30,873 nt of DNA, taken from positions 1 to 30,873 of the IMG/VR virus record IMGVR_UViG_3300037458_000305. One strand, given 5' to 3'. Below are positions 7,501 through 16,002 of this stretch, one piece after another. Positions within the stretch are counted from its first letter, which is position 1; every line of letters begins with the position of its first letter. Source of the DNA: a virus. Its lineage: Duplodnaviria; Caudoviricetes. The position numbers and the translations under genes are program-made. The notes below the pieces were generated by a model that did no database searches, was not told where the DNA came from, and saw only the letters and a program-made list of their open reading frames with translations.

Positions 7501-9490
7501 TGCCGAGCGTTTGAGCGGCTGGCGCCGTGACCCACCTGAGTATTCCGGGCAGCGGCAACCGCCGCACGCCGTCCATGCCGCGAGTGTTGCCGACGTAGCC
7601 CGGCAGGCCCGGATTTAGGTCCAAGGCAGCGCCCGAACTCGCAACGCCCGCCTGACCGCGCCCGACGCCGTTGATCGTGCCGTTGATGGTGAAGAAGCCC
7701 TTCACCCTGATCTGCACGTTGTTGTTGACGGTCAGCGTGGCGCCGGAAGCAAGCTCCAGATCGCCATCGTAGTAGTAGACCGCGCCCGCGTTCGTCAGGC
7801 TGGCGTTGCCGGCAAGGTTGTACGTGCCGGCCTGGATGACGCCGACGCCGCCCACGTCGTTGATGGTGCAGACGGTGGACAGCGCCACGCCCTGCGCGGT
7901 GTAGAAGGCGTCGGGGAGCGGGCTCTCGTCGGCGGTCGGCGGGTCCACCGAGGCGCGGCCGGTCGAGCCGAATACCTCGACGGTCACGTCGCCGCTCGAG
8001 AAGTCGATCGAGGCCCGCTGCACCTCCATCGCCCTCGAGATGGACGCGCCAGCCTGGGTGAAGTCCCTGACATTCGGCAGGGCGTTGCGGATGACGTCGC
8101 CCACCTCGAGCCGGTTGAGCGAATAGAGCAGCGTGATGCTTTGGGTGACCGGCGGTGCCGCGAATCGGTCCCGGAAGGCGTCGAGGCGGGTGCTGATGAT
8201 GGAGTCGGTGTGGCGGGCGCCGGACAGACCCTTGAACTTCAGCTCCATCGGGTCGGCGCGGCCATGCACCGCAATCGATCCGGCATCCACGAACGCCGAG
8301 CGGCGGGTGAATGCATCGCCGTTCCAGTTCCAGTCGATCGACAGGACGTTGTGCATCCGGCCGAACTCATGGGCGAGCGACGACCAGCCAACCGCGTTGC
8401 GCTCGTCGATCGTGACGACCGGCGCGGCGTCCTCGATGATCTGGTTCATCCGCCGCAGACCGAGCGCGCCGTCGGAGTACACCGGCGAGAAGCACCCGAG
8501 CAGCATGAAGAGCTCGGACTCGAGGAAGCGCTTGGCGTCGGTCTTCTTCAGGCCAATGAATCGCGCCACGAACCCGGCGCTGTCCGAGGCTGGGTCCCAC
8601 AGGTCCGTGCCGATGCCGGTGAAGTCCGAGGTTCGGATCAGGCTCGGGTCGATCCCGAGGTGCCAGTGCGCGGGAAGGCTCGCCGAGTTACCGTACAGCT
8701 CGCCGGTGAGGATCGCGTAGGCGAGCTTGACCGCCGGCAGCTCGAGGTAGATGCCCTCCTCGACCTTGGGTCGCCGATCCGCCAAGGCGCCCGCGTCCAC
8801 CTCATGCGCGACGGCGCGGGTGTTCAGGACGCCGCGGGTGCAGCCGGTGAATGTGTCCGCCGTCTTCCCGGTGTAGCGAACCCACTCCTTGTCGATCTTG
8901 ATGTAGCCGACGGACGAGCTCGGCGCATCGGACCAGCTCGTGCCGTGCAGCACCAGCTCGAAGCCGGTCGTGGACTGAACCGGGATGGTCGTCGCCGTCG
9001 CCGACACCGACTCGCGCAGAGTCGTGGTCTTCGGCTCGAAGACGTCCTTCTTCAGGGTACGGGTGATGTCCTCGCACTCGACCGAATAGACGCCGTTTTC
9101 GTACCGGGCGCGGCGGACCTCCTGCGTCTGGAAGAGCTGGAAGTTCTCGAAGTCGTCGTCATAGCCGATCCACAGCTCGACCAGGCGATCGCGCAAACCG
9201 GCGCCGGCGTCAAGCTTGGTGCGGATGGCGTTCGTGAACGCCGAGGCCACATCCGCCACGGTGAAGGACATCGAGCCGATCTCGGAGCGGCCCTCGTCCG
9301 GGACGATGCGCTGGCTGATCGCCGAGTGCATCTGCAGCACGTTCTGGATGACCGTCCCCGGCACGTTCGAGAGGCCCGCATGGGACGTGATGTGGATCGA
9401 CGCGGTTTCGTAGGTGATCTTGATGACGCTCTTCAGCGTCTTGGTGGGCGCTTCGTTCTGCGCCCGAAACTCTACGGGGTCCTGGCGCAC
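4502..9490 (-). CDS. Tail tip / central fibre protein (1662 aa)
   Basis: Follows the Dit-like gene. Hub-like N-terminus, Gly-rich segment, FN3-like domain (VEVWAS...TRYYWAR), repeated modules with Gly-x-x linkers, beta-rich C-terminal domains. Confidence 0.85.
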   Translation of the reverse strand: MRQDPVEFRAQNEAPTKTLKSVIKITYETASIHITSHAGLSNVPGTVIQNVLQMHSAISQRIVPDEGRSEIGSMSFTVADVASAFTNAIRTKLDAGAGLRDRLVELWIGYDDDFENFQLFQTQEVRRARYENGVYSVECEDITRTLKKDVFEPKTTTLRESVSATATTIPVQSTTGFELVLHGTSWSDAPSSSVGYIKIDKEWVRYTGKTADTFTGCTRGVLNTRAVAHEVDAGALADRRPKVEEGIYLELPAVKLAYAILTGELYGNSASLPAHWHLGIDPSLIRTSDFTGIGTDLWDPASDSAGFVARFIGLKKTDAKRFLESELFMLLGCFSPVYSDGALGLRRMNQIIEDAAPVVTIDERNAVGWSSLAHEFGRMHNVLSIDWNWNGDAFTRRSAFVDAGSIAVHGRADPMELKFKGLSGARHTDSIISTRLDAFRDRFAAPPVTQSITLLYSLNRLEVGDVIRNALPNVRDFTQAGASISRAMEVQRASIDFSSGDVTVEVFGSTGRASVDPPTADESPLPDAFYTAQGVALSTVCTINDVGGVGVIQAGTYNLAGNASLTNAGAVYYYDGDLELASGATLTVNNNVQIRVKGFFTINGTINGVGRGQAGVASSGAALDLNPGLPGYVGNTRGMDGVRRLPLPGILRWVTAPAAQTLGKYPSAPLLSLEVDGNALIGLPADLRGTSGGGGGKASFDTTVIANGGAGSASGAGLAIICRGMGLGASASINLSGANPAATSIVQVDGADVYPGAGGAGGPGTLYILLDGSAVSIPDLGGKFTAATGVVPVNGNPLPKSANLSITQPAAGYLDPAFFQFQDLSNACYRIQYVPAAETPEEDGEAPPPAPTSISASGQVGFVLVSLAIPPVDQFDVVEVWASIDNDRTNATKIAEGLFDSFVHTLPGGATRYYWARTRKAVTGGLLYSAWTPTATTTTASGTATSPSTGPAGDSVEIQYSVDGSTGWHSTFTAGDLYMRQRVGTSGTWSAAIRIVGEQGAAGPAGHYIDTVFRRSATQPATPTGDNPSGWSDAPPAADGNPLWFSQGEKTFAGVLVGSWSTPVQISGNDGTNGTPGANAVTAAIVPDGPTAWVRGVDQTTWAPTATTVDLDCTFYQAGAAVARRAWRITRDANGLLTGATTTHIDGDLNTTRVTVTEINEGTLSMGVRFAYSYNGDATSITGNVVSTLSGSNGADGLSVAELTIYRRAASAPATPTGGSFNFGTQALTQPASWSVSVPAGTDPVYVSTSVAATTGASGTDSTLTWSAPVLAFQNGTNGTNGADGQAVDMVFKRSASQPATPSPSAGVPATWYTNVNSVPADSDPMWSSVGTRPNPSSNYTWQTPVKVESDDGRSSLVPDPSFERSAGVFDRFWSRTPAVYGSVVQPTWSLETTGGLTNAKAVCTFNSSGEGGTKLAVVKAPLNQGVAGELLTVTVRWRRTNSLSSSVSQQHFFPQLMLAAGLTKFGVEGFTGTPGVPQFAFDSGTVVSGPGTDGVLSRDQINARTVHEWQQDVWVVRMDRGAASPVYPVLGIYLQIYQPGGTNAGTLEFDYINVTPTVGTQAAVPQKAKTSAYTLSRADIGQHISITTGGVTVPSGVFQRGDAVTVYNNSASNQTITQGASTTLRLAGTATTGNRTLAQRGLATILCVAANEFAVVGAGVT

Positions 9491-9493
9491 CGG

Positions 9494-9910
9494 CTAGACC
9501 TCGCGGATCTTGAAGGTGATCGTGTAGATGGCCGAGGCGTCCAGTGCGCCGCCGACAGCGCGGATGGTGTCCTCCAGCGCCTCGTCGATACGGATGCAGG
9601 TCACCAGGTTGTGCGGAGCGGCAATGGTTCCGTACATATCGAAACCGAAGCTCTCACCGCCCTCGACCGAGTCGAGGAACTCATGCACGGCGGCGAGCTC
9701 CGAGGCGCGGATCGGCCGCAGCGTGATCTGGCGGGTCACGTCGGCCCGGTGGTAGATCGTCTCGGTGGCGCCGCCCCTCGAGCGCTGCTCCGTCTTGACG
9801 ATCTCGCGGGCACGCGGCGACGGCTGGATGCTGATCTCGAGGCTGTACTCCGCGCCGACCGTATGCCCGGCGACGACCGAACGCTTGGCGGTGTAGGTGA
9901 AGACGGCCAT
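9494..9910 (-). CDS. Distal tail (Dit/gpM-like) protein
   Basis: 138 aa directly after the tape measure; EFLDSVEGGESFGF and terminal FKIREV resemble the gpM/Dit pattern. Confidence 0.65.
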   Translation of the reverse strand: MAVFTYTAKRSVVAGHTVGAEYSLEISIQPSPRAREIVKTEQRSRGGATETIYHRADVTRQITLRPIRASELAAVHEFLDSVEGGESFGFDMYGTIAAPHNLVTCIRIDEALEDTIRAVGGALDASAIYTITFKIREV

Positions 9911-11721
9911 CAGGCGCCCGCCCCCAGGGCCTGCGCCTGCGCGCTGCGCGGGTTGATGACGATCACGTCTCGGTCGATCTCGCTCTTGAGGGCGTCCACG
10001 ATGAACTGCCGGGTCTGGTTGGTATCGAACACGGGCCCCGCAAAAACCACCTGCAGGACGTTCTGGCCGGATGCGCCGGCGGGGCCTGCGCCGTCCTGGT
10101 CCTGCGTGAACACCGGGTTCGCCGGGGACCCCAGGGCCGCACCGCCCGAGCCGACGCCGGCGGCCTGGGCGATGCCGGTCGCGGCGATCAGGCCGATCTG
10201 CAGCTTGCCGAACGCCCAGATTTTCGCGGCCATCGGCGGGCCAGCGATCGGCCCGAGTTCGGCCAGGGCGCGCGTTGCGGCAGCGGCCGTGTTCTGGACG
10301 GCCTGCGCGATCATCAGGCCCTTGTTCAGGACGATGGCGGCGATCGCCGCGGCCTTGCTGCGCCCGGCGAGCGCCTGGAGCAGCCCGAGCGCGGCGCCGG
10401 CGGCGGCCTGCTTCTGCTCGAGGATGGCGTTCTCCGCGGCGACCGCCACGGCGATCTGCTGGTCGTACTGGCGCGTGACGGCGGCCAGGCGGTCCTCGCC
10501 GAACTGGAGGTCAGCCTCCTGCCACATCATCCGCCGCTCGAGCAGCCAGGCCCGTTCGCTCTCGAGGGCGGCTAGCTGGAGCTCGCTGAAGCCGCCGAAG
10601 CCGGCGGCCCCGGCGCCTGCGCCGAGCGTGGCGCCCGCGGCCTGGCGTGCGGCCGTGGCGGCCTGCTGGGCGGCGACGGCGGCCTCGGCCTTGGCGCGGT
10701 TGTTCTCGAGGATGGCGACGTACTGGTCGCTGATCTGCTGGAACGAGCGGACCTCGTTGAGCGCGGCCTGGGCGAGCTGGACGTTGGCCTCGGACGAGGC
10801 GCCGAAGGACTCGGACAGGTTGCCGAAGGTCAGCGCCTGGAGCACCCGGGCGCCGCCGGCGGCCAGGCCGAAGAAGGCCGCCTCGAGGCTCTTGGCGCCG
10901 TTGCGCAGGGTCTGGAAGGCGAAGAAGCTGACCGCCACCAGCTTGTCGAGCTTCTCGCGCAGCCCGTCCGCCGCGCCACCGGACTCGAGCAGGGAGTCGG
11001 CCACCGCCTGGACGAAGGGCGCCAGGGCGGCGGCGAACTGCTGCCCCGCCGCGCCGGCCGATGCCTGTACCCGCCCGAGCGCATCGTTGGCGCGCTCGAT
11101 CTGCTTCGTGTCGATCCGGTTCAGCGCCAGGCCCAGCCGATCGACAGCCTCCTGCGCTTCATCGATGACCGGGCGACCCTGGCGGATCAGCTCGATCGCC
11201 TGCCGGCCGGACTCGCCGAACAGCGCGTTCGCGGCGGCCAGCTGGTCGGACTCGGCGGCCAGGCTGCCGATCGCGTCCGCATAGCGCAGGAAGAGCTCGT
11301 CGGGGCGGAGGTTGACCAGCTCCTGGGTGTCGAGCTTCAGCAGCTCGATGAACTTGCGCGCTTCGCCGGTGCCGGCAGCCGCCTGGCCGAGCCGCAGCTG
11401 GGCCTCGAGCAGGGCCTTGTCCATCAGCGACGTGGCGACGCCCGCTTCCTCGGCCGCAAGACGGAAGGCGCGGAGGCGCTCGGTCGCGACACCGATGCGA
11501 TCCGCCGACTTGCCAAGCTCGTCAGCAGCGGCGGCTGCCGAACGCACGAAGGTGGTGACGGCGGCGGCGGACAACGCCACGCCCAAGCTGCCGAGCGCGG
11601 ACCTCAGCTTGACGGTGGCCTTATCGACCGAGTCGAGCTCGCCCTTGGTCTTCCGCAGCTCGTTGATGGCCTGGCTGCCCTGGGCGGTGAGCTTGAATGC
11701 AGCGGTAGGGATCGAGGCCAT
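9910..11721 (-). CDS. Tape measure protein (603 aa)
   Basis: Ala-rich helical protein after the G/GT chaperones; ADELGKSADRIGVATERL motif. Confidence 0.9.
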   Translation of the reverse strand: MASIPTAAFKLTAQGSQAINELRKTKGELDSVDKATVKLRSALGSLGVALSAAAVTTFVRSAAAAADELGKSADRIGVATERLRAFRLAAEEAGVATSLMDKALLEAQLRLGQAAAGTGEARKFIELLKLDTQELVNLRPDELFLRYADAIGSLAAESDQLAAANALFGESGRQAIELIRQGRPVIDEAQEAVDRLGLALNRIDTKQIERANDALGRVQASAGAAGQQFAAALAPFVQAVADSLLESGGAADGLREKLDKLVAVSFFAFQTLRNGAKSLEAAFFGLAAGGARVLQALTFGNLSESFGASSEANVQLAQAALNEVRSFQQISDQYVAILENNRAKAEAAVAAQQAATAARQAAGATLGAGAGAAGFGGFSELQLAALESERAWLLERRMMWQEADLQFGEDRLAAVTRQYDQQIAVAVAAENAILEQKQAAAGAALGLLQALAGRSKAAAIAAIVLNKGLMIAQAVQNTAAAATRALAELGPIAGPPMAAKIWAFGKLQIGLIAATGIAQAAGVGSGGAALGSPANPVFTQDQDGAGPAGASGQNVLQVVFAGPVFDTNQTRQFIVDALKSEIDRDVIVINPRSAQAQALGAGA

Positions 11722-11722
11722 G

Positions 11723-11995
11723 CTATCTCCGGGAGCGGATCTGCGGGTAGAAGTCGTCAGGCGCGAACCGCTTGCGCCCGCGGGTCTGCAGGGTGACGTT
11801 CGCGAACGTGGCGGCGATCATGCCGGCGCGCCAGTTGTCCATCTGGAAGCCGGCCGGCTCGAGGCGGAAAAAGGCGCGCCAGCGGCAGAACTCGGCCGAG
11901 GTCATGGCCGCCTGCCATTCTTCAACGGTACGGCCGCCGAGGTGGAAGGCGACCCGGTGCCAGTCCATCAGCTCCGGGTCGCCCTTCAGTTTCCC
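11723..11995 (-). CDS. Tail assembly chaperone T segment (C-terminal part of the G-T fusion made by -1 frameshift)
   Basis: The -1 frame from the slippery site reads KLKGDPELMDWHRVAFHLGGRTVEEWQAAMTSAEFCRWRAFF, a gpT-like pattern. Confidence 0.8.
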   Translation of the reverse strand, partial: GKLKGDPELMDWHRVAFHLGGRTVEEWQAAMTSAEFCRWRAFFRLEPAGFQMDNWRAGMIAATFANVTLQTRGRKRFAPDDFYPQIRSRR

Positions 11996-12327
11996 TCGGC
12001 GTCTCCGTCGGCCTCGGCGTGCAGGCCCGAGGCCTTGAGCACCGCCACGGCGAGCGCATTCAGCAGCCCGCCGTCCAGGCCCTTGATCGCGTCCGCCTTC
12101 TGGGCGAGCGTCTTGCCCGCCATGAACTCGGCGCCGTCTTCCGCGCACAGGCCGGCGGCGGCAATCCAGTAGTCCGGCGGGCCGTCACCGGTCTTCACCT
12201 GACGGAAAAACTCCGAGCGCAGGTCGCCCGACATGGACCGGACGTGGAAGGTGGCGTCCCCGAAGGCGACGGGCGTGACCTTGCGCGCACCGGCGCGCTG
12301 GAGTTGCTCGAGCAGTGCGTCGGGCAT
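11986..12327 (-). CDS. Tail assembly chaperone G
   Basis: Between the major tail and tape measure genes; ends EGN at the slippery site. Confidence 0.85.
   Translation of the reverse strand: MPDALLEQLQRAGARKVTPVAFGDATFHVRSMSGDLRSEFFRQVKTGDGPPDYWIAAAGLCAEDGAEFMAGKTLAQKADAIKGLDGGLLNALAVAVLKASGLHAEADGDAEGN
11989..11995 (-). promoter_or_regulatory. Programmed -1 ribosomal frameshift site G GGA AAC
   Basis: X XXY YYZ heptamer in frame immediately before the G stop codon (lambda uses GGGAAAG). Confidence 0.85.
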
Positions 12328-12330
12328 CTA

Positions 12331-12777
12331 TCAGGCCTCCGTCACGGTGCCGGTGACGTTGATGGTGAAGCTGATCTGCTTCGGGCCCTGCTGGCCGGCG
12401 GGCGCCTCCTGCTCCTCGTAGGCACCGAGCCAGCCGACGAAGTTCTGGACCAGGCCGTCCGGGTGGGTCAGCCGGTAGTTGCGGAGCTGGCCTCCGACCA
12501 CGCCCTTGTCAGCCTGCATGAGGATCTGCCCGGCGTCGGTGCGGTTCTTGTTCAGCGTGCCGGTCACGGTCTGCTGATTAAGCCGCCCGCCGATCGACTT
12601 CGGGGCGCTCGAGCTGTGCTCGTAGTAGGTCTCTGCCTCCTGCGTCCAGCTCGGCGGCGTGATGGTCGATAGGTTCCCGACGGTGGTGAAGGTGTCGGAC
12701 GCAGGCGCCTCGAGCGGCAGCGTGGTGTCGGTCCCGATGGCCAGGACGTAGTTGTAGCCTTTCGCAAAGACGGGCAT
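12331..12777 (-). CDS. Major tail tube protein
   Basis: 148 aa beta-rich; FTTVGNLSTITPP...FTINVTG pattern and position. Confidence 0.85.
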   Translation of the reverse strand: MPVFAKGYNYVLAIGTDTTLPLEAPASDTFTTVGNLSTITPPSWTQEAETYYEHSSSAPKSIGGRLNQQTVTGTLNKNRTDAGQILMQADKGVVGGQLRNYRLTHPDGLVQNFVGWLGAYEEQEAPAGQQGPKQISFTINVTGTVTEA

Positions 12778-12779
12778 GG

Positions 12780-13217
12780 TCAGGTCTCCGGGTCAGTGAG
12801 TGGGTGCGTGTACAGGACGGCCCAGCGGAACACCTGGGCAACCGCGATTCGCTCGCCGCCGGTGGCCGGCGTCGGCTTGTTGGCGGCCACGGGGGCGATC
12901 CGCAGGACGTAGGCAAGGCCAAGCGTCGGATCGGCGGCCAGCGCCTGGTGGATGATGGCGCGCTGCTCGAACAGCGCAGCCATCGCCGAAGGGCCGTCCG
13001 GGCCGGCCTCCACGAGCGTGATCTCGACCTCGAGCAGGGACGCCATCTGGCCGAAATCGCCGGCCTCGTCGGTCGTGTCCTCGCCGACGTTGACGATGGT
13101 CGCGGGGATCTCGAGGGCATCCTCCAGCGACAGGAAATGGTGCGCGAGCACCTCGCGGCCGAGGGCCGTCTCGAGGGTTGCGCGGATGGTCTCAATGATG
13201 ACGGCGACGCGGTGCAT
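12780..13217 (-). CDS. Tail terminator / completion protein (gpU-like)
   Basis: 145 aa acidic protein just before the tail tube; ALAADPTLG motif. Confidence 0.7.
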   Translation of the reverse strand: MHRVAVIIETIRATLETALGREVLAHHFLSLEDALEIPATIVNVGEDTTDEAGDFGQMASLLEVEITLVEAGPDGPSAMAALFEQRAIIHQALAADPTLGLAYVLRIAPVAANKPTPATGGERIAVAQVFRWAVLYTHPLTDPET

Positions 13218-13504
13218 CAGGCCCCCAGGACGACCCGGACCATGCCGGTGCCGTCAGGCTCGAGACGCCGGACGATGAACGTGCGGCCGTCTGACAGGCG
13301 CAGCGACGCGCCCTTACCGAAGTGGGCACAGTCTGATTCCTGCGCCCAGGCCGACGGCGTGCGCGCCTCGGCCTCGATTTCGCCGGCGTCGAGGGTCTCG
13401 TAGCCGTACTCGAACACGACCGGGAACGTCCGGCCGGCGACGGTCGCGCAGACACCGCCGCCGAGCGCACGCAGCATGGCGATACGGTCGGCGGCGGTTT
13501 CCAC
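13217..13504 (-). CDS. Head-tail joining protein (gpFII-like)
   Basis: 95 aa with C-terminal FIVRRLEPDGTGMVRVVL. Confidence 0.75.
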   Translation of the reverse strand: METAADRIAMLRALGGGVCATVAGRTFPVVFEYGYETLDAGEIEAEARTPSAWAQESDCAHFGKGASLRLSDGRTFIVRRLEPDGTGMVRVVLGA

Positions 13505-13505
13505 G

Positions 13506-13928
13506 TCAGACGATCTTCGGCTTGGCGTTGACGGCCACGGCCACCAGTGCGCCGGTGATGCCCGTCATGGTGCCGACGTAACCGAGGAAGCCGCCGACGA
13601 CCTTCTTCGGGTCGAGCGAGATCGACTCCGTGGCCTTGCCGACCGAGCCGCCGGCGATGGCGTTCGTGTCGATGGTCACGGTCGGGAACGTCGCGCCGGT
13701 GATGTCCTGCGCGCCGGTGCCGTTGACGTCGCTCGCGTACTGGAGCTTGCCGGCCAGCGAGCCGGTGCCTGTGAAGGCGCCGGTGACCTGGGTGATGAGC
13801 AGCTCGCCATCGAAGCCGCGCACATCGAGCCACTGGCCGGAGCCAGAGGTCGCTGCGCCGGTGTTGGCCGCCGACTTCGGCGGCAGGATCTGACCGCCAC
13901 GGGCGGCCGATGCCTGACTGTTAAGCAT
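13506..13928 (-). CDS. Putative capsid decoration/cement protein
   Basis: 140 aa beta-rich protein just downstream of the capsid gene. Confidence 0.5.
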   Translation of the reverse strand: MLNSQASAARGGQILPPKSAANTGAATSGSGQWLDVRGFDGELLITQVTGAFTGTGSLAGKLQYASDVNGTGAQDITGATFPTVTIDTNAIAGGSVGKATESISLDPKKVVGGFLGYVGTMTGITGALVAVAVNAKPKIV

Positions 13929-14133
13929 GAGATTTCTCCTTCTTGCCGGGCTTGGCCGGCGTTACGGTTTCGGATTCGGGGGCGTCGGCGGCGGGCGGTG
14001 GATCGGTGTATATCTCCACTGCCCGGATGCTGACGAGGAACTGACCGGTTGCGGCATCCGTCTCGCCGACATCCCCGGCAGCCAGGTGGCTGCCGGGGCC
14101 GAGACAGACGCCGCGCAGCGCGCGGACCTTCAT
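13921..14133 (-). CDS. Small head-associated hypothetical protein
   Basis: MKVRALR...GDVGE pattern typical of the small gene after capsid genes; Pro/Lys-rich tail. Confidence 0.65.
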   Translation of the reverse strand: MKVRALRGVCLGPGSHLAAGDVGETDAATGQFLVSIRAVEIYTDPPPAADAPESETVTPAKPGKKEKSHA

Positions 14134-14137
14134 CGCG

Positions 14138-15991
14138 TTACGCCGACAGGCTGGTGCTGACGACGAAGGCCTGCGGGTAGCGGATCATCGTGTCCACCAT
14201 CCACATGGCCCGGATGCCAACGCTGGCGGTGTTGAACCGCGTCCCGCCGTTGTCGGTGCTGAGCTCGAGCACGCCCCACTCGCCGATCACCAGCTCGTCC
14301 CACGAGCCGAAGATCAGGTTGCCGGATGCGAGCTGCTCGCTCGACATGGCTCGGAAGCCCACCAGGGTCCCATCGAACAGGGTGCCGTCCCACAGAGGGG
14401 TATCTGTGCCGCTGAACCGCTGCTTCTGCATCAGCACCACGGCGCCGGCGGTGTTCGTGACGAATCCCGGGTTGCCGCGGATGGCGTTCGCCGACCCGGC
14501 CGTGCTCGGGAAGGCCAGGATCTTGGCGTAGGTGGCTGACGAAGCATCCTGGCCGGTCGTAACGCCGGTCGTGTTCTTGATGCCGAGCGGCTGCGCTCCG
14601 CCGATACCGTTGATGACTGCGTTGTCCACGCCGTCGATCGCCACGTTCGCGGCCAGGTCCGCCATCACGAACGCCTCGGCCGACTGGCTCGACTGAGCCA
14701 GAAGCTGCTCCGAGACCTCGGTGATCGCGATGCAGGTCTTCGGCGTCATGCTCAGCTGACCGAGCGTCTGGTCCGCAGCGGTCACCGAGGAGTGCTCGCC
14801 GGCCTGCCAGGTCACCGACGGTTTGCCGGTCTGGCGGGCGAAGGTGACGTTGCCGGTCAGGCCGCTGAGCACGCGGGCGCCCATGGACATCGCGACGGAC
14901 CGATTCCGCAGGATGTCGATGAAGCCGAGGTTCTCGACGTTGACCAGGTAGCCACCCTTGGAGCCTGGCGAGGTGGCGAGTGCGCGGCTTGCGGCCTCGA
15001 CACCGACCGGGCGCTGGAGCACTTCGGCCGGGATCAGCATCGAGGTGGTCAGTTCGCGGCCGAGCGTCTTGGCGAGGGCTCGCGAGCATTCGGCCTCGAA
15101 GCCGGCGTCATTCACGAGACGCGGATTCTGAGCGCCGAACTTCAGCGCGCGGATCGCCTTGAACAGGCTGTAGCGGCGCGTCTCGGCCGACGTGAGACCG
15201 AGCTCCGTGGCGGTGGCGGGGCGATGCTTGCCGCGCTCCTCCATGACGTCGAGGATCTCCTTCGCCACCTGCGCGAGAGAGGTGCCGTTCTCGACCCACT
15301 GCCGCTCGACGCGGGAGTCGATCTTGTTCGACTTGCAGAGGTTGACGATGGCCTCCCTGCGTTCACGCTCCGCCTCGATGGCGGACATGTTGGGGGCCTT
15401 CTGGTCGGCGCTTGCGCCCGCCGCGGCGTTGTCCTGGTTGGACATGCTGCTCACTCCTGCGGCGGTGGCCGCGTTGACTGAAATTACTCGGACATCAAAC
15501 TCCTGCTCGCCCGCCCGGCCGAGGCCGACCGTCGGGTCCGCGGGAACGGTGACCAGGGACGCCTCGTAGGGCTCCCAGTCGGTGACGCGGAACTCGCCGC
15601 TCTTGCGGTCCTCCTCGGCGTCGTGGATGCGGTAGCCGACCGACACGTTGCGGAGCCCGCCCTCGAGCCAGCGGGACACCTCCTTGGCGCGGTCGGTGTC
15701 GAACAGATGCGCGGTGACGGTGAGCTTCCCGTCGCGGACGTCGCCGGTATCGACCATGCCGACCGGGTCGTCCCAGTTGTGGTTGACGAGCAGCGGCATC
15801 GTCCCGCGGGTCAGGCGATCCATCCGGATCGATCCCGGCTTGTGCGAGAGCACCTCGAGGCCGAAGCCGCGCTCGACGGGATGCTCGCTCGAGAGCGAGA
15901 ACTTGAGGCGGGGCGGGCCGTCGGCGCGAGTTTCGATCTCGCACGCCTCAGCCTCCCGCAGTTGAAGCGGGATCTTTCGCGTTTCCTTCAT
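14138..15991 (-). CDS. Fused HK97-type prohead protease + major capsid protein
   Basis: N-terminal PLLVNHN, RNVSVGY and WEPYEASLVTVPADP protease motifs; C-terminal HK97-fold signatures (GGYLV, GIGGAQPLGI, IRYPQAF). Confidence 0.93.
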   Translation of the reverse strand: MKETRKIPLQLREAEACEIETRADGPPRLKFSLSSEHPVERGFGLEVLSHKPGSIRMDRLTRGTMPLLVNHNWDDPVGMVDTGDVRDGKLTVTAHLFDTDRAKEVSRWLEGGLRNVSVGYRIHDAEEDRKSGEFRVTDWEPYEASLVTVPADPTVGLGRAGEQEFDVRVISVNAATAAGVSSMSNQDNAAAGASADQKAPNMSAIEAERERREAIVNLCKSNKIDSRVERQWVENGTSLAQVAKEILDVMEERGKHRPATATELGLTSAETRRYSLFKAIRALKFGAQNPRLVNDAGFEAECSRALAKTLGRELTTSMLIPAEVLQRPVGVEAASRALATSPGSKGGYLVNVENLGFIDILRNRSVAMSMGARVLSGLTGNVTFARQTGKPSVTWQAGEHSSVTAADQTLGQLSMTPKTCIAITEVSEQLLAQSSQSAEAFVMADLAANVAIDGVDNAVINGIGGAQPLGIKNTTGVTTGQDASSATYAKILAFPSTAGSANAIRGNPGFVTNTAGAVVLMQKQRFSGTDTPLWDGTLFDGTLVGFRAMSSEQLASGNLIFGSWDELVIGEWGVLELSTDNGGTRFNTASVGIRAMWMVDTMIRYPQAFVVSTSLSA

Positions 15992-16002
15992 TGGTTACTT
16001 CC

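Noticed and set aside
8141-11284. 1047-aa plus-strand ORF, and similar long ORFs such as 4739-6310 and 17441-18619
   Set aside because: Antisense shadows of well-supported minus-strand genes in high-GC DNA; no recognisable motifs.
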